From positions 2,852,001-2,916,000 of the forward strand of contig OZ024764.1 of assembly GCA_964016885.1 (NCBI GenBank): a stretch of DNA of 64,000 nucleotides, read 5' to 3'. The translations under genes were made by a program, and so were the position numbers. The stretch is from Eledone cirrhosa (taxonomy: Eukaryota). Shown in pieces: positions 14,639 to 23,600 of this stretch (positions are counted from its first letter, which is position 1; the number at the start of each line of letters is the position of its first letter). The notes under the pieces are model-generated. The model did not search any database and was not told the DNA's origin. It was given only the letters and a program-made list of their open reading frames with translations.

Positions 14639-14643
<5 letters not shown>
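13252..14643. repeat. 73-bp tandem satellite array A2 (~19 monomers)
   Basis: Same monomer as A1. Ends by running into (TA)n at ...TATTATTACAATATATA. Confidence 0.97.
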
Positions 14644-14674
<31 letters not shown>

Positions 14675-14682
14675 TAATATAT

Positions 14683-14738
<56 letters not shown>

Positions 14739-14763
14739 TAATATATATATAAATATAATACAT

Positions 14764-14807
<44 letters not shown>

Positions 14808-14899
14808 ATATATATTTATATAATATATATATAATATATATATATATATAATATATATATATATAATATATATAAATATATATAATATATATATATAAT

Positions 14900-14949
<50 letters not shown>
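14642..14949. repeat. (TA)n / AT-rich microsatellite, ~310 bp
   Basis: Almost pure A/T dinucleotide repeat with TAA interruptions. Confidence 0.98.
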
Positions 14950-14950
<1 letters not shown>

Positions 14951-15032
14951 GTTATTCCGGGTTGAATCGGAGGTAACCACAGTAAGTAAGGTACTCAATA
15001 CATAGCAGAGTATAAAAGTTTTAATATAGATG

Positions 15033-15083
15033 AGATTCTACAGGACTAGAACTGTTTCATTCATTAGAAATCATCAGGAATCT
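15033..15083 (-). ncRNA. Type I hammerhead ribozyme, left-arm copy (antisense to PBRM1)
   Basis: Exact reverse complement of 15691-15741. Confidence 0.75.
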
Positions 15084-15690
15084 GGGTATCAAAAAAATAA
15101 AAATGGTATTTATAGGTCTCTACAAGTGGTAGGAGAGGGTGGGGAGTGGGATGGGTGCAGGTCATTGGTTGATAGAAAAGGGAATTCATTAAAAGCTAAT
15201 TCTACAAAGCTATAGTTTATTTTTATTTATTTATGTTTTTAGAGTAACAGGGGCAGACAGAATTCTATAAACAGGTTCCGGATGGCATACCAATCCTTGT
15301 CATTAAGTTTCTCTTAAGCTAACAGATGTCTATAAAATCGGTGGGGGGTCAGTCATGGTCCATAGAATTAAATGATTTTAGCTTTTAAAGAATCTCCCTT
15401 TTCTTTAATTCTATGGACCATGACTGACCCCCCACCGATTTTATAGACATCTGTTAGCTTAAGAGAAACTTAATGACAAGGATTGGTATGCCATCCGGAA
15501 CCTGTTTATAGAATTCTGTCTGCCCTGTTACTCTAAAAACATAAATAAATAAAAATAAACTATAGCTTTGTAGAATTAGCTTTTAATGAATTCCCTTTTC
15601 TATCAACCAATGACCTGCACCCATCCCACTCCCCACCCTCTCCTACCACTTGTAGAGACCTATAAATACCATTTTTATTTTTTGATACCC

Positions 15691-15741
15691 AGATTCCTGA
15701 TGATTTCTAATGAATGAAACAGTTCTAGTCCTGTAGAATCT
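15691..15741 (+). ncRNA. Type I hammerhead ribozyme, right-arm copy (sense to PBRM1 pre-mRNA); predicted cleavage after GUA at 15735
   Basis: Stem I AGATTC(15691-96)/GAATCT(15736-41). Core CTGATGA (15697-15703). Stem II TTC-taat-GAA with a U.U pair at its base. GAAA at 15716-19. Stem III ACAG-ttctagtc-CTGT, then H17=A. Confidence 0.8.
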
Positions 15742-15755
15742 CATCTATATTAAAA

Positions 15756-15758
<3 letters not shown>

Positions 15759-15800
<42 letters not shown>
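15759..15800. repeat. (TA)n microsatellite
   Basis: Direct reading. Confidence 0.95.
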
Positions 15801-15801
15801 C

Positions 15802-16003
15802 TATGAGGATCGGCTGAAAAGTTCATAGGCTGACCAAGATACTCTCATGGAATGACCAAATGAGGTTTATTTTTCAACATAATCCCTGGAAAGAGACAAT
15901 GCAGTTATTTATAAGAAGAACTGAAATTAATGTATGCAAGATTTCACAGCTCTAGTATTACTCCTTCATAGTCAGACTATGAACTTTTCAGCCCACACTT
16001 CAA
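15802..16003. mobile_element. Non-autonomous Tc1/mariner-type MITE or internally deleted element (~200 bp)
   Basis: Terminal inverted repeats GGCTGAAAAGTTCATAGGCTGAC (15812-15834) and GTCAGACTATGAACTTTTCAGCC (15971-15993), 22/23 match. Starts TATGAGG, like mariner TAyGAGGG ends. No ORF. Confidence 0.7.
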
Positions 16004-16148
16004 GCCTCTGATTTCTATCCTTCGAGGTAATATTTTACCCCACGCTGTTTCGATGGCATTTTGCTGTTTTAACATGTTTAACAGTTTCCTTATACCGAGT
16101 TTTTCCATTTTATTTATTTATATATATATTTTTTTTCTCTCTCCTAAG

Positions 16149-16246
16149 ATTGAAATCTGTCAAGATCTTTACGATACAATACGGAATTACAAAACAGAAG
16201 ATGGCCGCTTGCTGTGTGAAGCCTTCATTAGAGCGCCAAAACGGAG
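16149..16246 (+). CDS. PBRM1: Internal 98-bp coding exon of polybromo-1 (BAF180), N-terminal part of bromodomain 1: IEICQDLYDTIRNYKTEDGRLLCEAFIRAPKR(R)
   Basis: The peptide matches human PBRM1 BD1 as I recall it ([33 protein letters not shown]). Strong acceptor TTTTTTTTCTCTCTCCTAAG| (phase 0) and donor AG|GTGAGT (phase 2). No other exon recognised in the window. Confidence 0.92.
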
Positions 16247-16319
16247 GTGAGTATATTAAGATATATTATTCTTTTATTCTTGAGAGGACTCTTCAGCCTG
16301 GTTTAGCTTGTGACAACCT

Positions 16320-17085
16320 CTCTAGTGCCGGTGTCATGAGAAAATGCACCCAGTCCACTCTGTAAAGTTGAAATTCTAGTGACATGATATAATCTAGTGA
16401 CATGATATAATCAGCCTATACTGTAAAGTGGTAAAGCTGGTGCTATGATAAAATACACCCAGTACACTCTGTCATGTGTTAGTGTTGGTGTCATGATAAA
16501 ATACACCCAGTACACTCTGTAAACTGGTAGTGTTGGTGTCATGATAAAATAGACCCAATATCCTCTGTAAAGTGGTAGTGTTGGTGTCATGATAAAATAC
16601 ACCCAGTACACTCTGTAAAGTGGTAGTGTTGGTGTCATGATAAAATACACCCAGTATCCTCTGTAAACTGGTAGTGTTGGTGTCATGATAAAATACACCC
16701 AGTATCCTCTGTAAACTGGTAGTGCTGGTGTCATGATATAATACACCCAGTACACTCTGTAAAGTGGTAGTGTTGGTGTCATGATATAATACACCCAGTA
16801 CACTCTGTAAAGTTGTAGTGTTGGTGTCATGATAAAATACACCCAGTATCCTCTGTAAACTGGTAGTGTTGGTGTCATGATAAAATACACCCAGTATCCT
16901 CTGTAAACTGGTAGTGTTGGTGTCATGATAAAATACACCCAGTATCCTCTGTAAACTGGTAGTGCTGGTGTCATGATATAATACACCCAGTACACTCTGT
17001 AAAGTGGTACCTTGACAAAAGCACCCACTCCACCCTGTAAAGTAGCCAAGTGATATGACAAAAAAACATCCAGTCTACTCTGTAT
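16320..17085. repeat. 48-bp minisatellite (~12 core copies, ~16430-17008) with diverged flanking copies; probably derived from an interspersed retro-element segment
   Basis: Unit GTGTTGGTGTCATGATAAAATACACCCAGTACACTCTGTAAAGTGGTA. A diverged version lies at 16325-16370 (AGTGCCGGTGTCATGAGAAAATGCACCCAGTCCACTCTGTAAAGT), decayed copies at 17010-17085, and an 18-bp doublet TCTAGTGACATGATATAA at 16375-16410. Confidence 0.9.
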
Positions 17086-17140
17086 GCTACCAAGTCATAC
17101 TCAATTACCAGTAACAGCTGTAGTAGTTCTTTAGTTTTAT

Positions 17141-17167
17141 TTATATATATGTATATCTGTGTGTGTA

Positions 17168-17219
<52 letters not shown>
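17141..17219. repeat. (TA)n/(TG)n microsatellite
   Basis: Direct reading. Confidence 0.95.
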
Positions 17220-17222
<3 letters not shown>

Positions 17223-17297
17223 AAAGTGGGTGTGGTAAGAAACCAGGTGGACCATAATGCACCGGAGTACTCGATACTTGGGGTAGTATATATATAT

Positions 17298-17610
17298 ATC
17301 ATCATCATCGTCATATGTCCACTTTTCCCTGCTTGGGTGGTACGGGTCCTATTCAGCACACCATATCTCCACTTGTCACGGTCCTTTGTCATCTCCTCTG
17401 TAAGCTTCAGCAATCTAAGGTCTGCTCTCACCACCTCCACCCATGTTTTTCGTGGTCTTCCTCTACTGTGTCTTCCTTCTGCTAGGATTTCTTGGCACTT
17501 CTTTACCCAGTGGTCATCCACCATGCACACCACATGTCCATACCATCTCAGTCTTTTCTCCCACACACCACAACTTATCCCTCTTACACCCAGTTTCTCT
17601 CTCAACACAT
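17298..17610 (-). mobile_element. RTE-clade LINE, 3' end: ORF C-terminus and (GAT)n tail
   Basis: Minus-strand translation LREKLGVRGISCGVWEKRLRWYGHVVCMVDDHWVKKCQEILAEGRHSRGRPRKTWVEVVRADL...DRDKWR has the RTE C-terminal motifs RLRW.GHV and G.R.RGRP.KTW. Tail GACGATGATGATGAT next to (TA)n. Confidence 0.9.
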
Positions 17611-20600
17611 CACATGTCCATACCATCTCAGTCTTCTCTCCCACACACTACAACTTATCCCTCTTATACACAGTTTCTCTCTCAACTCATCACATGTCCA
17701 TACCATCTCAGTCTTTTCTCCCACACACTACAACTTATTCCTCTTATACACAGTTTCTCTCTCAACACACCACATGTCCATACCATCTCAGTCTTCTCTC
17801 CCACACACTACAACTTATTCCTCTTATACACAGTTTCTCTCTCAACACATCACATGTCCATACCATCTCAGTCTTCTCTCCCACACACTACAACTTATTC
17901 CTCTTATACACAGTTTCTCTCTCAACACACCACATGTCCATACCATCTCAGTCTTCTCTCCCACACCACAAGTTATCCCTCTTATACACAGTTTCTCTCT
18001 CAACACATCACATGTCCATACCATCTCAGTCTTCTCTCCCACACACTACAACTTATCCCTCTTATACCCAGTTTCTCTCTCAACACATCATATGTCCATA
18101 CCATCTGTCTTCTCTCCCACACACTACAACTTATTCCTCTTATACACAGTTTCTCTCTCAACACACCACATGTCCATACCATCTCAGTCTTCTCTCCCAC
18201 ACCACAACTTATCCCTCTTATACACAGTTTCTCTCTCAACACATCACATGTCCATACCATCTGTCTTCTCTCCCACACACTACAACTTATTCCTCTTATA
18301 CACAGTTTCTCTCTCAACACACCACATGTCCATACCATCTCAGTCTTCTCTCCCACACACCACAACTTATCCGTCTTATACACAGTTTCTCTCTCAACTC
18401 ATCACATGTCCGTACCATCTCAGTCTTCTCTCCCACATACTACAGTTTATCCCTCTTATACACAGTTTCTCTCTCAACTCATCACATGTCCATACCATCT
18501 CAGTCTTCTCTCCCACACACTACAACTTATCCCTCTTATACCCAGTTTCTCTCTCAACTCATCACATGTCCGTACCATCTCAGTCTTCTCTCCCACGCAC
18601 CACAACTTATCCCTCTTATACACAGTTTCTCTCTCAACTCATCACATGTCCATACCATCTCAGTCTTCTCTCCCACACACTACAACTTATCCCTCTTATA
18701 CCCATTTTCTCTCTCAACTCATCACATGTCCGTACCATCTCAGTCTTCTCTCCCACACACCACAACTTATCCCTCTTACACACAGTTTCTCCCTCAACTC
18801 ATCACATGTCCATACCATCTCAGTCTTCTCTCCCACACACTACAACTTATCCCTCTTATACCCAGTTTCTCTCTCAACTCATCACATGTCCGTACCATCT
18901 CAGTCTTCTCTCCCACACACCACAACTTATCCCTCTTGTACACAGTTTCTCTCTCAACTCATCACATGTCCATACCATCTCAGTCTTCTCTCCCACTCAC
19001 TACAACTTATCCCTCTTATACCCATTTTCTCTCTCAACTCATCACATGTCCGTACCATCTCAGTCTTCTCTCCCACACACCACAACTTATCCCTCTTACA
19101 CACAGTTTCTCCCTCAACTCATCACATGTCCATAACATCTCAGTCTTCTCTCCCACACACCACAACTTATCCCTCTTATACACAGTTTCTCTCTCAACTC
19201 ATCACATGTCCGTACCATCTCAGTCTTCTCTCCCACACACTACAGTTTATCTCACTTATACCTAGTTTCTCTCTCAACACATCACATGTCCATACCATTG
19301 CAGTCTTCTCTCCTGCACACCACAACTTATCCCTCTTATACTCAGTTTCTCTCTCAACACATCACATGTCCATACCATCTCAGTCTTCTCTCCCACACAC
19401 TACAACTTATTCCTCTTATACACAGTTTCTCTCTCAACACATCACATGTCCATACCATCTCAGTCTTCTCTCCCACACACTACAACTTATCCCTCTTATA
19501 CACAGTTTCTCTCTCAATACACCACATGTCCATACCATCTCAGTCTTCTCTCCTACACCACAACTTATCCCTCTTATACACAGTTTCTCTCTCAACACAT
19601 CACATGTCCATACCATCTCAGTCTTCTCTCCCACACACTACAACTTATTCCTCTTATACACAGTTTCTCTCTCAACACACCACATGTCCATACCATCTCA
19701 GTCTTCACTCCCACACCACAAGTTATCCCTCTTATACACAGTTTCTCTCTCAACACATCACATGTCCATACCATCTCAGTCTTCTCTCCCACACACTACA
19801 ACTTATTCCTCTTATACACAGTTTCTCTCTCAACACATCACATGTCCATACCATCTCAGTCTTCTCTCCCACACACTACAACTTATCCCTCTTATACCCA
19901 GTTTCTCACTCAACACATCATATGTCCATACCATCTGTCTTCTCTCCCACACACTACAACTTATTCCTCTTATACACAGTTTCTCTCTCAACACACCACA
20001 TGTCCATACCATCTCAGTCTTCTCTCCCACACCACAACTTATCCCTCTTATACACAGTTTCTCTCTCAACACATCACATGTCCATACCATCTCAGTCTTC
20101 TCTCCCACACACTACAACTTATCCCTCTTATACCCAGTCACTCTCTCAACACACCACATGTCCATACCATCTCAGTCTTCTCTCCCACACCACAACTTAT
20201 CCCTCTTATACACAGTTTCTCTCTCAACACATCACATGTCCATACCATCTGTCTTCTCTCCCACACACTACAACTTATTCCTCTTATACACAGTTTCTCT
20301 CTCAACACACCACATGTCCATACCATCTCAGTCTTCTCTTCCACACACCACAACTTATCCCTCTTATACACAGTTTCTCTCTCAACTCATCACATGTCCG
20401 TACCATCTCAGTCTTCTCTCCCACATACTACAGTTTATCCCTCTTATACACAGTTTCTCTCTCAACTCATCACATGTCCATACCATCTCAGTCTTCTCTC
20501 CCACACACTACAACTTATCCCTCTTATACCCAGTTTCTCTCTCAACTCATCACATGTCCGTACCATCTCAGTCTTCTCTCCCACGCACCACAACTTATCC

Positions 20601-23600
20601 CTCTTATACACAGTTTCTCTCTCAACTCATCACATGTCCATACCATCTCAGTCTTCTCTCCCACACACTACAACTTATCCCTCTTATACCCATTTTCTCT
20701 CTCAACTCATCACATGTCCGTACCATCTCAGTCTTCTCTCCCACACACCACAACTTATCCCTCTTACACACAGTTTCTCCCTCAACTCATCACATGTCCA
20801 TACCATCTCAGTCTTCTCTCCCACACACTACAACTTATCCCTCTTATACCCAGTTTCTCTCTCAACTCATCACATGTCCGTACCATCTCAGTCTTCTCTC
20901 CCACACACCACAACTTATCCCTCTTGTACACAGTTTCTCTCTCAACTCATCACATGTCCATACCATCTCAGTCTTCTCTCCCACACACTACAGTTTATCT
21001 CACTTATACCCAGTTTCTCTCTCAACACATCACATGTCCATACCATTGCAGTCTTCTCTCCTGCACACCACAACTTATCCCTCTTATACCCAGTTTCTCT
21101 CTCAACACATCACATGTCCATACCATCTCAGTCTTCTCTCCCACACACTACAACTTATCCCTCTTATACCCAGTTTCTCTCTCAACACATCACATGTCCA
21201 TACCATCTCAGTCTTCTCTCCCACACACTACAACTTATCCCTCTTATACCCAGTTTCTCTCTCAACACATCACATGTCCATACCATCTCAGTCTTCTCTT
21301 CCACATACTACAGTTTATCCCTCTTATACACAGTTTCTCTCTCAACACATCACATGTCCATACCATCTCAGTCTTCTCTCCCACACACTACAACTTATTC
21401 CTCTTATACACAGTTTCTCTCTCAACACATCACATGTCCATACCATCTCAGTCTTCTCTCCTACACCACAACTTATCCCTCTTATACACAGTTTCTCTCT
21501 CAACACACCACATGTCCATACCATCTCAGTCTTCTCTCCCACACCACAAGTTATCCCTCTTATACACAGTTTCTCTCTCAACACATCACATGTCCATACC
21601 ATCTCAGTCTTCTCTCCCACACACTACAACTTATTCCTCTTATACACAGTTTCTCTCTCAACACATCACATGTCCATACCATCTCAGTCTTCTCTCCCAC
21701 ACACTACAACTTATCCCTCTTATACCCAGTTTCTCTCTCAACACATCATATGTCCATACCATCTGTCTTCTCTCCCACACACTACAACTTATTCCTCTTA
21801 TACACAGTTTCTCTCTCAACACACCACATGTCCATACCATCTCAGTCTTCTCTCCCACACCACAACTTATCCCTCTTATACACAGTTTCTCTCTCAACAC
21901 ATCACATGTCCATACCATCTGTCTTCTCTCCCACACACTACAACTTATTCCTCTTATACACAGTTTCTCTCTCAACACACCACATGTCCATACCATCTCA
22001 GTCTTCTCTCCCACACACCACAACTTATCCCTCTTATACACAGTTTCTCTCTCAACTCATCACATGTCCGTACCATCTCAGTCTTCTCTCCCACATACTA
22101 CAGTTTATCCCTCTTATACACAGTTTCTCTCTCAACTCATCACATGTCCATACCATCTCAGTCTTCTCTCCCACACACTACAACTTATCCCTCTTATACC
22201 CAGTTTCTCTCTCAACTCATCACATGTCCGTACCATCTCAGTCTTCTCTCCCACGCACCACAACTTATCCCTCTTATACACAGTTTCTCTCTCAACTCAT
22301 CACATGTCCATACCATCTCAGTCTTCTCTCCCACACACTACAACTTATCCCTCTTATACCCATTTTCTCTCTCAACTCATCACATGTCCGTACCATCTCA
22401 GTCTTCTCTCCCACACACCACAACTTATCCCTCTTACACACAGTTTCTCCCTCAACTCATCACATGTCCATACCATCTCAGTCTTCTCTCCCACACACTA
22501 CAACTTATCCCTCTTATACCCAGTTTCTCTCTCAACTCATCACATGTCCGTACCATCTCAGTCTTCTCTCCCACACACCACAACTTATCCCTCTTGTACA
22601 CAGTTTCTCTCTCAACTCATCACATGTCCATACCATCTCAGTCTTCTCTCCCACTCACTACAACTTATCCCTCTTATACCCAATTTCTCTCTCAACTCAT
22701 CACATGTCCATAACATCTCAGTCTTCTCTCCCACACACCACAACTTATCCCTCTTATACACAGTTTCTCTCTCAACTCATCACATGTCCGTACCATCTCA
22801 GTCTTCTCTCCCACACACTACAGTTTATCTCACTTATACCCAGTTTCTCTCTCAACACATCACATGTCCATACCATTGCAGTCTTCTCTCCTGCACACCA
22901 CAACTTATCCCTCTTATACCCAGTTTCTCTCTCAACACATCACATGTCCAAACCATCTCAGTCTTCTCTCCCACACACTACAACTTATTCCTCTTATACA
23001 CAGTTTCTCTCTCAACACATCACATGTCCATACCATCTCAGTCTTCTCTCCCACACACTACAACTTATCCCTCTTATACACAGTTTCTCTCTCAATACAC
23101 CACATGTCCATACCATCTCAGTCTTCTCTCCTACACCACAACTTATCCCTCTTATACACAGTTTCTCTCTCAACACATCACATGTCCATACCATCTCAGT
23201 CTTCTCTCCCACACACTACAACTTATCCCTCTTATACACAGTTTCTCTCTCAACTCATCACATGTCCATACCATCTCAGTCTTTTCTCCCACACACTACA
23301 ACTTATTCCTCTTATACACAGTTTCTCTCTCAACACACCACATGTCCATACCATCTCAGTCTTCTCTCCCACACACTACAACTTATTCCTCTTATACCCA
23401 GTTTCTCTCTCAACACACCACATGTCCATACCATCTCAGTCTTCTCTCCCACACACTACAACTTATTCCTCTTATACACAGTTTCTCTCTCAACACATCA
23501 CATGTCCATACCATCTCAGTCTTCTTTCCCACACACTACAACTTATTCCTCTTATACACAGTTTCTCTCTCAACACATCACATGTCCATACCATCTCAGT

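Larger units (their letters stand above)
14950..15758. mobile_element. Penelope-like element remnant forming a long inverted repeat (arms 15016-15372 and 15404-15758, 31-bp spacer), flanked by (TA)n on both sides
   Basis: By eye the arms are exact reverse complements except two 1-bp homopolymer indels (A7/T6 at ~15091 and G4/C3 at ~15250). Each arm has a type I hammerhead. Hammerheads and inverted pseudo-LTRs are established features of Penelope-like elements. No RT or GIY-YIG ORF is present, so the family call is inferred. Confidence 0.7.

Noticed and set aside
133-14643. CRISPR-like regular array
   Set aside because: No unique spacers and no cas genes. The monomers are head-to-tail copies in a spliced eukaryotic gene context.
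133-14643. Telomere-like CTAACCC in every 73-bp monomer
   Set aside because: Only one partial unit per monomer and never tandem. It is better explained as part of the T-arm/B-box-like GGTTCTAACCCC.
133-14643. Tandem tRNA gene cluster (73-bp period, tRNA-like 3' half)
   Set aside because: No acceptor stem, D-arm or A-box can be formed, and the T-loop has TTCTA instead of TTCRA.
14816-15215. ORFs 14816-14998 (-) and 15030-15215 (+)
   Set aside because: The first translates a (TA)n microsatellite. The second is a chance ORF in the palindrome arm, and the other arm has a frameshifting indel.
16053-16365. ORFs 16053-16250 and 16150-16365 as standalone genes
   Set aside because: Only 16149-16246 is coding (a spliced exon). 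The rest is polypyrimidine tract or intron, or an alternative frame.
16411-17255. 216-aa and 94-aa minus-strand ORFs
   Set aside because: Products of the 48-bp minisatellite (16-aa period) and the TA/TG microsatellite.
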